Shown here in pieces: positions 42,001 to 49,586 of a stretch of 64,000 nucleotides of DNA. The notes beneath the pieces are model-generated. The model worked only from the letters and a program-made list of their open reading frames with translations. It was not told the origin of the DNA and ran no database searches. The stretch lies in contig CAYVNR010000006.1 in NCBI GenBank assembly GCA_964453045.1, positions 83,747 through 147,746 on the forward strand. Reading direction: 5' to 3'. A program made the translations under genes and the position numbers. The stretch comes from an uncultured Flavobacteriaceae bacterium (lineage in GTDB: Bacteria > Bacteroidota > Bacteroidia > Flavobacteriales > Flavobacteriaceae). Positions within the stretch are counted from its first letter, which is position 1. Each line of letters opens with the position of its first letter.

Positions 42001-42542
42001 TCTGGACGGGAAAAAATGGAATGAAAGGTTTTAAGCAGCAAACAGGAATAGTAGGTGTAAGAATTGGAGATTTTAATATAAGATATGAAAATGATGGTTC
42101 TATTGGCCCAGCTGGTGACGGTGGAGATAGCTTTAGAAGTGCTTCTTTGCAATTATCAATAAATGATTATTCTATGGGCTTTCAGTTATTTACTGGTTAT
42201 AGAAATCTAGACGAGGAAAAGCTGACACCAGAGGGCTACAAAGGTACACCAGGCACTAATCTCAAAGACTCTTTTGGAAGGAATTTACCAAATGGAGCTG
42301 TATTGGAAGAAGGGGAACCATATCGATTGGGAGCTTTAAGTTTTGGATATAAAGGTTACAGAATCGGAGTTAATTCTGAAAAGGTTAGACATGCAATACA
42401 AAATCATGCAGTGCATAATTTCAGACTAAAAGTTTTTGGTGTCACTTTAATAGACAAAAGACAAAGAGGGTTTGAAAATCAGTCCTGGGATGTCAAACAA
42501 TATTTTGAATATAAAACTAATAATAACTATACATCATGGTAA
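36051..42542 (+). CDS. Rhs polymorphic toxin 2 (SpvB/TcB-like N-terminus, FG-GAP repeats, Ntox23-like tip)
   Basis: Signal peptide, LSLSYNSQ...GWGWSI, GDFNGDG repeats, HMNGRMYD...RYSYVWNNPLSYNDISG core, tip with YENDG / DSFR / RHAIQN. Confidence 0.9.
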   Translation: MIITRYITAIFCTLTLGLFLNSQENKETFQSASQNFTSKPIISNNRSIKKGAESSKIKPSASQKSSSEVGTTPASFDVSLSGSAIYNIPIYGPPGIKDVMPQISLSYNSQASNGLAGWGWSISGLSSIRKVSSTKFHDGFIDGVDFDSDDRFSLDGQRLLLKSGNYGENDSEYQTETYSNIKIKAIGTSPHGAGYGPNSFQVFYPDGRISYYGQSIYSDTRMEWALTKTVDPQQNFIEYKYSISGNLLRIEEIKYGAHSFSTSAPNTIKFYYKDRTRPEVSYVEGITFKRTKILDRIETYGLGKLFRKYVLSHDQTSLDYDILTSVTEYNKLNENLTPIVFNYDSSPVNPNPGTYTSSISPIYDYQNDVILSGEFSGDGKLDFIIYDENVRNNLNVFDNINSTSSNIGTSINVSKFDDIISNDMLDASGKKIAKQGLTMIEENMAGGVSTVSFKSYYYNGSGLNHEYTKQWDAPTNPFETSCSSTVQKIIPKEYLSGDFNGDGLTDVLAIGKPHDQQYCFEILGCTGKNCCFCDPLGNFPYKYVHFIDLNRNLTSNFAYGSGNLLQTLSDSDRLLAADFNGDGKTDLFHFKDGRVDIYGLDSNNQLFLIHTETDSFIELDRPILLGDYNGDGKVEFITPTVDSSEDWRFFISRGNSIEKYTKFVPDFNYKEAETGLFSFSEDPGWGGRYALVESRYAAQDMNGDGKTDLIKNIIATSNSTSPYRTDEIVRVFTNHYDNADGRPKFLNPTLFYEANTDVSRYGTPIFLESNFGSSNFDYVYLSEGQITAYEFSPDHQKDVTLLQINNNGIIHDIEYYDLDDSNQIYSGNNQEAYPYVNINYAPNMKLVGQVRESVGGYERFQDFRYTGAVSNYEGLGFQGFKQIKRTNIYGTDVQRIWSITDYDIQKRGATTRSWTSLMESSTPNAIISRTDNTYTTQLLPNKVFVNVKASSSSQDGLTGVNTSQSFTYDTYYNPTNITSTYPGGSEVVIQQFVNNPTPFNSTYTIGRLNDVTTTKTLNGETFSSQTKYIFNNNLTIETHTKGNGTPWLIKKYFYDAFGNIIEKRTTGSGISDRLESYEYDSSGRFMEKSIDTENLETTYSYNYETGNPIRVTSAYGLTIDYTYDDWGRVIIETDYLGKDTVITYANDTSYGSGGSMKMINYDQGEDEKVYFNALGWTMEESILSLNNNWINKKYEYDSSGKTLRESEPYFSGSSPTQWNVFGYDEYGRTITQQLFTGKIISTTYNGLSATVNDGVKTVTTTKDALGNIVTLQDDGGTITYTYFANNEMKSANYDGNIVNVGIDGWGRKIALSDPSAGNYSYEYNLLGEITKERTPKGETTYTYSSIGKLISKSITGDNTDVVTDYEYDPSTKLLSEITATDNKNNIDYYYTYNYDSYGRLDKITENNGSAFFEKTNLYDTYGRVYREIYSSENSLTGVSNIVQIKNIYDNAGILTSIEDFTSGNRLWHILSENARGQALDISLGNNLNKTKQYDQYGFLTEIKDYKIGTSVTALRITYSFNAQRGILNSRQNFGFTNWSEVFTHDDQDRLTQINGAVNHQQDYDLKGRITDNSFVGEYNYSSSAAYQLEDIDLNNQGDLYYQQNKLQQITYNAFKKPVEIYQEDKERVSFYYGPFNNRTQAFYGDLNTDIADRHYHKQYSSIIPVEMIHDRKLGTNKIVTYIGGDAYSAPIAYIFEEKNNETLIDQYHYLHRDYLGSILAITDSSTTIVEQRQFGAWGITDKFIDKNGNTTFSYDSLIGRGFTGHEHFFDVSLIHMNGRMYDAQLGKFLSPDNFVQDPYNTQSFNRYSYVWNNPLSYNDISGEWFWAAALVGAVFGALAGASAYIGQAIQTGDWNIESFSLAVLGGAIVGGITGGFASYASCMSIGNIASALAGGIVGAFLPSFNIPIGDWNISVSATVAFGNSFGIGSSLSVGYSDGNWNFSAGIGHTSYGNFNGFGNGIELRKSILAAFDDGKTGFTYGTNFWTGKNGMKGFKQQTGIVGVRIGDFNIRYENDGSIGPAGDGGDSFRSASLQLSINDYSMGFQLFTGYRNLDEEKLTPEGYKGTPGTNLKDSFGRNLPNGAVLEEGEPYRLGALSFGYKGYRIGVNSEKVRHAIQNHAVHNFRLKVFGVTLIDKRQRGFENQSWDVKQYFEYKTNNNYTSW

Positions 42543-43225
42543 GAATGTTTCTTGGTTTTTTGATTGCGTTAAATCTATGTTCTTGTATCGCCGTAGTACA
42601 TCATAAAGAAAAATTAATTGATGTTGAGTCCATTGACACCAATAAAAATATTTTAAAAACAGAAGGTTTTTATTATCATGAATATGAATATGATAATCAG
42701 AATCATTTTGTTAAAATGAAAGATGCCGAAGGTAATTATTACAATAATATTAAATATATAAAAACTTTTATATTAAATAAAGATGGCCTAGTAATTAAAG
42801 GTGGGGAATTTAATGGCGTCTCTGATTATTTTTGTACCGAATCAAACTTACCAAAAAAAAACACATATATTAATGCCATTAAAAAGTATAAGTCAATCTT
42901 ATCTTTTATGAATGAAAATAATAGCACTAAACCACCTAGGACTTGTAGAATTTTAGAAAATGATATTGATGGTAAGGGACTTTTTAAAATAGAAAACGGT
43001 AATATAACTATTCAATATTACAAAGCCGAAAGTAAGATCGAAGATAAGGATTCCTCAAATTCTTATTATTTATATGAACTAAGGGGTGAGGTAATTAGCA
43101 GTGAGAGCTTTAAAATTAATCAAATAATTAATCATCGTAAAAGCTCAAACGAGGATGTTAATATGGTTTTTATCTTCGAGGAAGATAAAAACATCCCAAA
43201 GATTTCAAATTATTTTAAAAACTAA
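42536..43225 (+). CDS. Lipoprotein, probable immunity protein of Rhs toxin 2
   Basis: Overlaps the toxin stop codon; lipobox-like LCSC. Confidence 0.62.
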   Translation: MVRMFLGFLIALNLCSCIAVVHHKEKLIDVESIDTNKNILKTEGFYYHEYEYDNQNHFVKMKDAEGNYYNNIKYIKTFILNKDGLVIKGGEFNGVSDYFCTESNLPKKNTYINAIKKYKSILSFMNENNSTKPPRTCRILENDIDGKGLFKIENGNITIQYYKAESKIEDKDSSNSYYLYELRGEVISSESFKINQIINHRKSSNEDVNMVFIFEEDKNIPKISNYFKN

Positions 43226-43229
43226 TTTT

Positions 43230-44006
43230 ATGAAAAAAATATCTTTATTAATTGGTCTTATAATTATGGTTAGTTGCGGTTCAGATGATGACAGCAATAG
43301 CTCAAATTTTGAAATTACATTGAATACAGATTCAAATGTAATTGGAATTGATGAACTTGTGGAGATTCAGGTAACCGCCTCGGATTCCATTAAACGATTG
43401 GATATCTCAAAAGACAATTGGGAAACTGCACACAATTTGCAAACGGCATCTTTTGCCACCCAAACAAGCATCTATTTTGATTTTTGGGATATTGGTAGTA
43501 AAACGATTTCTGTAATTGCAACTGATTATAACAATAATACAGCTGAGTCAACAATCGATGTAACGGTAGAAAGAGGAAGTGCCGTTAAAATTAATTCTTT
43601 GGTTTTAAACTCATTTTATAATATCAATGAAACTTGGGATGATGAGTTTAACGATACTGACCCTGAACGTCTTGCGGATGTTTTATTTAGACTCTCCAAA
43701 CCAAGATTAAATCCGTTTGAAGGTGTAAGAGAGGGTACTATTGAATGGTATGAATCAGAGATAAAGTTTAACCAAGGGGATTTAAACTGGGATGTTGAAA
43801 GTAATGACTTATACATTAATCCTAATTTGTCATTTCACACTTTCTTTACAGATTATGATGGCGAAGGCTTTTCAAGTAGTTTAATACTCTCATCACCCTA
43901 TACAAGAGTATTAAATATTTCTGATTTTATGGATACACAACCAAACCCGATAAATTACCAAGATAACAGTGTAGAGTTGGACTATGACTTGTATGTAGAA
44001 TGGTAA
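43230..44006 (+). CDS. Hypothetical lipoprotein
   Basis: MKKISLLIGLIIMVSC-GSDDD lipoprotein signal; start moved to 43230. Confidence 0.75.
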   Translation: MKKISLLIGLIIMVSCGSDDDSNSSNFEITLNTDSNVIGIDELVEIQVTASDSIKRLDISKDNWETAHNLQTASFATQTSIYFDFWDIGSKTISVIATDYNNNTAESTIDVTVERGSAVKINSLVLNSFYNINETWDDEFNDTDPERLADVLFRLSKPRLNPFEGVREGTIEWYESEIKFNQGDLNWDVESNDLYINPNLSFHTFFTDYDGEGFSSSLILSSPYTRVLNISDFMDTQPNPINYQDNSVELDYDLYVEW

Positions 44007-44033
44007 TAAACAGTATATCTCAACTCCATTATT

Positions 44034-47000
44034 TTGAAGCACTTATTTACCATAGTAATATTACTTTTTTGTTCGCTTTGTTTTTCCCAAAACGAAGCAA
44101 ACATTTGGTATTTCGGAAATAATGCAGGTCTAGATTTTAATTCTGGTAGTCCTGTTGCTCTTACTGATGGACAATTATCAACACTAGAGGGATGTTCTAC
44201 AATTTCCGATAGCGGAGGAAATTTGCTCTTCTACTCTGATGGAGTAACTGTATGGAGCAAGAATCATACTATCATGGTAAACGGCACTGGATTAAACGGA
44301 CATCCTTCAAGCACTCATTCTGCCCTTATAGTGCCTAAACCTAATGACCCCAATATTTATTATATCTTCACGGTAGACCAAGGGTTTAACGATGCTAATG
44401 GTATTCAATACTCTGAGGTTGACATGACAATGGATGGAGGGCTAGGTGCTATTACCAATAATAAAAATATTCTTTTACACTCCCCCACAACTGAAAAATT
44501 AACAGCTATAAAAAATTTTTCTGGTAATGGATATTGGATACTGAGTCATAAGCTAAATAGCAATGAATTTATTTCCTATGAGATAACTTCTTCAGGGATA
44601 AATACTACACCAATAGTAAGTGCTGTTGGGACTTCTGTGAACAACTCAGAAGATGCGATTGGTCAAATTAAGATCTCCCCAGACGGCAGCAAAGTTGCCG
44701 TTGCAAGAAGAGGAGACCTCAAAGAAGTCCAGTTATTTGATTTTAATACTTCTACAGGTGAGGTTTCTAACCCCATTACACTCTTTAACCCCACAGGGTC
44801 TGTTTCGATATATGGAGTTGAGTTTTCACCAAATAGTGAAGTCCTATATGCAAGTGCTTTGAGTGGCCGTGTATATCAATTTGATTTAAATGCTGGGAAT
44901 AACACACAAATTATTGATTCTCGAATCGTCATACAAGATGATAGTGAAAGTAATTATTCTGCACTTCAGCTTGGTCCAGATAGTAAAATATATATTACAA
45001 AGATTGAAGGCTACTTGGATGTAATTAATGACCCAGATGTAGTTGGTTTAGGTTGTAACTATATTTCCAATGGTGTTTATTTAAATGGTCGAGAATCCCA
45101 ATTAGGCCTTCCGCCATTCATACAATCTTTTTTTCAAATTGGTTTCCAGGCCAATGATGCATGTGACGGAGATGAAATTACCTTTAACGCTAATATTTCG
45201 CAAGCATATGACTTTTTAATATGGGATTTTGGGGATGGTAATACCTCTACAGACGAAAATCCAACTCATACCTATGTAAATGCAGGAGACTATGACGTTT
45301 CACTATCCGTAACAGCAGGTTCAGAAAGCTCAACGGATACCAAGACCATTTCAGTATATGAAGTACCTCTTGTAGCACCAATAGTTGAGTTAAGACAATG
45401 TGACGATGATATGGATGGATTTAGTGCATTTAACTTAACACAAGTCGATGCAGAAGTTTCAGTCAATTACCTAAATGAGGATATTACCTATTATGAGACT
45501 CAACTAGATGCAGAGAACAATGAAAATCTAATTACGAATGACACTGACTATATCAACCAAATAGCTAGTAATGATATTATTTGGGCAAGAGTAGAAAACA
45601 ACTTAGGTTGTTATGCTACCTCTCAAATCAATCTTGTGGTTTCTACAAACCAAATTCCAGATACGTTTATGAGAAACTTTTACCAGTGCGATGATGGTGT
45701 AAATACTACAGATGGTGTTGCAACTTTTGATTTTAGTTCTGTAAATTCTGAAATTGAAGCTTTATTTCCTTTTGGGCAGCAGTTGGAAATCAATTATTAC
45801 AGAAACGAAATAGATGCCTTACTGGAATCTGACCCAATAAATGATATAAGTAATTACGAAAATACGGGATACTCTAACGTACATAATATTTATGTGCGTG
45901 TAGAAAATGAATTGGATAATGACTGTATAGGCTTAGGACATCACATTACACTATATGTAGAACCTTTGCCTTTAGTGACAGGGCCAGTGATTATTGAACA
46001 GTGTGATGAAGGTAATGATGGTATTGAACTTTTTGACACCTCTGACATAGAGAATGAATTATCAATCGGCCAGACCCAAAACATCACGTTTACTTATGAG
46101 GACGAGCTTGGTAATCCTTTGCCTAGCCCCTTACCAAATCCGCTTGAGGTATCAGTACCTATCTATAATATCTTAGCGACCATCACAGCCACAGGCACTA
46201 ATGGCAATTGTAGTGTACAAGCATCTGTAGCCCTAAGTATTAATAGTTCGGTAAATATCAATCCAGTAAATTCATTCATAGCTTGTGATACAGATTGGGA
46301 TGGACAACATACATTTGATACTTCGACATTAGAAATTGATTTATTTGGCACACCAGGACCTAATACCAAAATTTCTTATATTGATGGTAGTGGAAACCCA
46401 ATTTCAAGTCCTTTTCCCAATAGTTTTACAACGGGTACACAAACCATAACAGTTTACATTGAAAACATACTAAACCCCGATTGTTTTGCTAGTTATGATG
46501 TAGACTTCGTCGTACATCCGCAGCCATTGGCTAACCCAATTGAAAATGATTTTGTATGTGATGACGTTTCTAATGATGGTTATCACCTATTTACCCTATC
46601 TGATTATAATTCACAGATTTTAGCTGATCAGTCACCTTCAATGTTTGAGGTTCTTTATTTTGAGAGTGAAGCTGATGCAGTTTCTAATGTAAATGTGCTT
46701 CCCGACTCTTATTTAGTCAGCTCAGCATCTCAGATCTTATACGCAAAAATTCAAAACCAGAGTAATACGTTATGCTACGATATGATCTCGTTTCAAGTTG
46801 GGGTCAATTATTTGCCAACAGCCCATCAACCTGAAAATATAAATTTATGTGACCAAGGTAATGATGGTACTGAATCCTTAGATCTAACAATTCAAAATGC
46901 ATTTATTCTAAATGGCCAACCTATAACAGATAATAGTATAAGCTACTATTTAAGCATGGAGGATGCTGAAACGAGAACCAACCCTCAGCCAAGTAACTTT

Positions 47001-47789
47001 ACAAACACCTCAAACCCACAAACTCTTTATGCACGTATCGAGAATAACAATTCGTCTAACTGTTATGCAATAACATCTTTTGAAATAAGGCTTTACGAAC
47101 AACCCGTATTATCAATGGGAAGTATATGGTCTATGTGCGAAGGCAGTGACGTAGAAGTTTTTGCAGACGAAGGTTATGATTATTACAATTGGTCAACTGG
47201 CGAAACTACAAGGGTAATTACTCTTGATACCCCCGGACAATACACCGTTACAGCCACAAATGTATATGCTGATTTTATTTGTAGCACTGAAAAAACCATA
47301 ACAGTTGGCATCTCAGATATTGCCACAATTATCAGCATTGAAACTAGGGACTGGTCCCAAAGTAATAACTCCATATCTATATTTGTTGATGGCAACGGTG
47401 ATTACGAATATTCTATTGATGGAATAAACTATCAAAATGATAATATGTTTTCAAGTCTGAGGGCTGATGAATATACCGTATATATTAGAGACAAGAACGG
47501 CTGTGGCATTGTCAGCGAAGATGTTTATCTTTTATATTACCCTAGGTTTTTTACACCAAATGGGGATGGAAATAACGATTTTTGGCAGATCAAAAATTCA
47601 GGAAGAGAACCATTTAATAAACTTTATATTTACGATCGTTATGGTAAGTTGATAACCATGCTGCAACCAGATAGTTTTGGTTGGGATGGTACATTTAATA
47701 GCAATGAACTACCAAGTAGTGATTATTGGTTTGTGCTAGAACGACAGAACGGCAAGACATATTCTGGGCATTTTTCTTTAAGAAGATGA
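44034..47789 (+). CDS. T9SS type B CTD (CHU_C) surface protein with beta-propeller and PKD domain
   Basis: NIWYFGNNAGLDF, WDFGDG (PKD), FTPNGDGNNDFW...GHFSLRR. Confidence 0.92.
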   Translation: MKHLFTIVILLFCSLCFSQNEANIWYFGNNAGLDFNSGSPVALTDGQLSTLEGCSTISDSGGNLLFYSDGVTVWSKNHTIMVNGTGLNGHPSSTHSALIVPKPNDPNIYYIFTVDQGFNDANGIQYSEVDMTMDGGLGAITNNKNILLHSPTTEKLTAIKNFSGNGYWILSHKLNSNEFISYEITSSGINTTPIVSAVGTSVNNSEDAIGQIKISPDGSKVAVARRGDLKEVQLFDFNTSTGEVSNPITLFNPTGSVSIYGVEFSPNSEVLYASALSGRVYQFDLNAGNNTQIIDSRIVIQDDSESNYSALQLGPDSKIYITKIEGYLDVINDPDVVGLGCNYISNGVYLNGRESQLGLPPFIQSFFQIGFQANDACDGDEITFNANISQAYDFLIWDFGDGNTSTDENPTHTYVNAGDYDVSLSVTAGSESSTDTKTISVYEVPLVAPIVELRQCDDDMDGFSAFNLTQVDAEVSVNYLNEDITYYETQLDAENNENLITNDTDYINQIASNDIIWARVENNLGCYATSQINLVVSTNQIPDTFMRNFYQCDDGVNTTDGVATFDFSSVNSEIEALFPFGQQLEINYYRNEIDALLESDPINDISNYENTGYSNVHNIYVRVENELDNDCIGLGHHITLYVEPLPLVTGPVIIEQCDEGNDGIELFDTSDIENELSIGQTQNITFTYEDELGNPLPSPLPNPLEVSVPIYNILATITATGTNGNCSVQASVALSINSSVNINPVNSFIACDTDWDGQHTFDTSTLEIDLFGTPGPNTKISYIDGSGNPISSPFPNSFTTGTQTITVYIENILNPDCFASYDVDFVVHPQPLANPIENDFVCDDVSNDGYHLFTLSDYNSQILADQSPSMFEVLYFESEADAVSNVNVLPDSYLVSSASQILYAKIQNQSNTLCYDMISFQVGVNYLPTAHQPENINLCDQGNDGTESLDLTIQNAFILNGQPITDNSISYYLSMEDAETRTNPQPSNFTNTSNPQTLYARIENNNSSNCYAITSFEIRLYEQPVLSMGSIWSMCEGSDVEVFADEGYDYYNWSTGETTRVITLDTPGQYTVTATNVYADFICSTEKTITVGISDIATIISIETRDWSQSNNSISIFVDGNGDYEYSIDGINYQNDNMFSSLRADEYTVYIRDKNGCGIVSEDVYLLYYPRFFTPNGDGNNDFWQIKNSGREPFNKLYIYDRYGKLITMLQPDSFGWDGTFNSNELPSSDYWFVLERQNGKTYSGHFSLRR

Positions 47790-48167
47790 AATAAAGATAG
47801 TATTAAAACTTACTGTAAAACAAATACTGTAAGTCTTCAAAGAATATTTACCAATTAGGTTTATATGTTAATTCTACAACAAATCATGAGCCACAAATAT
47901 AGTTTGCGGGCCTGGCAACCATATTCAATTATGTTTTCTTTTGGCTCCCAGATTTTATCTTGGGAGCTTTGTTTGGACTTAATAGTTCTTCAACCAATTA
48001 TCTACTTTTTTACTGTATACCACCATTTTTTATAAGTAAAAAATAATGTCAGGTATAGAATGACAGACACCGAAAAACTAATGAGGAAGTTGACAATTAA
48101 ACATCCAAATGGAGCGATTTAATTCGTAACTTGTAAAGACGTTTTTAATTTTTGAAACAATACGAAC

Positions 48168-48770
48168 ATGGATATATTAGAACGTATAATTATTGACGGC
48201 TCGATACTTGCGATTTTAGTTGCAGTATTAGGCTATTTTCTCAAAACTTCTTTAACCAAAGTTCTGGACTATAAGATTGACCAAAAAATGGAAGAAAGGA
48301 AAATGAATATTGCACTTCAGAAAGAAATGGAAATGAGCAAGTTAAGAAACACCATTGCTCTTTATCCATCGATTTTGGAAGTGACTTATAAATTGAGAAA
48401 TAACATACGTGATATTGTTGAGCACTGTAATTCAAATGATTTTAAGACAGATACATTTATGAGGAAGGGATGGAGTAAAGAACAACGAAAGAGAATTGCT
48501 GAAATGATGGAAAACCTACATCAGATGGAAGAACTGGTTATTACATCAAAAGCTTTTGCAGATAATGAGACACATTTTAATTTTCACGAGTTTAAAAAAT
48601 TCACCATCCATATTGTTAATATGGTAAGTTGTCATATCGATAGGAAATCAAATCTAAGTGAGGACGAAATGAAGGAGTTTTTAGAAAAACTCAATACAAG
48701 AAGAGAAATATCAGAAGAGCATTTTTTAAAGATCACTAGAAATGTTAAATCCAAACTCAGAACAAATTAA
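48168..48770 (+). CDS. Hypothetical protein with N-terminal TM segment
   Basis: 200-aa ORF, hydrophobic residues 8-25 followed by a helical charged domain. Confidence 0.7.
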   Translation: MDILERIIIDGSILAILVAVLGYFLKTSLTKVLDYKIDQKMEERKMNIALQKEMEMSKLRNTIALYPSILEVTYKLRNNIRDIVEHCNSNDFKTDTFMRKGWSKEQRKRIAEMMENLHQMEELVITSKAFADNETHFNFHEFKKFTIHIVNMVSCHIDRKSNLSEDEMKEFLEKLNTRREISEEHFLKITRNVKSKLRTN

Positions 48771-48781
48771 GAAGTTTATAC

Positions 48782-49258
48782 ATGGATAGAGTAGTTGAAA
48801 ATTGTAGGAAATTATATCAGGAAACCTTTACTAAATTGTATGTTGCAATGATGGATTTAAGAGAAATTATGCAATTAATTTTTTCTAAAAAAGGCGAAAA
48901 TTACCCTATAAGTTTTTCTGGTTATGATTATGATTTGGAGCGTTTTAGCCCTGATTGTAAAGAGTGGCAATTCGAATTGCGTTTTCAGTTAAAATGGCTC
49001 CAGAGATTTTATTCAGTAAAGGGCGATATTAATTCCTATAACCTATGTCATTGGTTTGCTCCTGAAGTAGAATTATTACGAGGGTTGGAATATGATATTA
49101 TAAATCCATCTTATACTGGAGGCCTTGGAGGTGGTGATAAAGAAATTATTGAAGATATCTTGGAGCGATACAACGAAGAAGATTCGCGAATGAATATATT
49201 CATCGAAGAATTACCGAGAATTCTAAATGACTTGAAGGACTATTCAAAAACATTATAA
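48782..49258 (+). CDS. Hypothetical protein
   Basis: 158-aa ORF 11 bp after the previous gene. Confidence 0.7.
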   Translation: MDRVVENCRKLYQETFTKLYVAMMDLREIMQLIFSKKGENYPISFSGYDYDLERFSPDCKEWQFELRFQLKWLQRFYSVKGDINSYNLCHWFAPEVELLRGLEYDIINPSYTGGLGGGDKEIIEDILERYNEEDSRMNIFIEELPRILNDLKDYSKTL

Positions 49259-49402
49259 AAAAATTAAAAAGAGATATTGAAAAAGATAATGTCCCAATTA
49301 GAACATAGTTTAAAAGTGTAAGTCTTCAAAGAATGAAGTACTAATTCTCGGGTTATTAGCTGATTTCCAATAGCCATATCCCAAGCTTTGACAATGGTAT
49401 AG

Positions 49403-49558
49403 ATATTGCAATATAGAATAGAAAAAGGGATTACTATGAATCAATTAGCAAAGAAGCTAAGAATTAATTGGCACCCCATTGAACATTTAGAAAAGAATGA
49501 GAATTTATTATCAAACAAAAAGGTAAATAGAATTATGATGTTAGTTAAACTTGAGTGA
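49403..49558 (+). pseudogene. Degenerate XRE-type HTH fragment
   Basis: ILQYRIEKGITMNQLAKKLRINWHPIEHLEKNE, preceded by an in-frame stop. Confidence 0.4.
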
Positions 49559-49586
49559 GAATTAAAGTCATTCTTTAATAAAAGTA

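Larger units (their letters stand above)
47828..49334. repeat. 18-bp direct repeat bracketing a two-gene cassette
   Basis: TGTAAGTCTTCAAAGAAT at 47828-47845 and 49317-49334. Confidence 0.75.

Noticed and set aside
26376-47652. Short ORFs inside the Rhs and T9SS genes
   Set aside because: Shadow ORFs of long coding sequences.
47887-48036. 49-codon ORF and small hairpin in the spacer
   Set aside because: No motif, signal or context supports translation.
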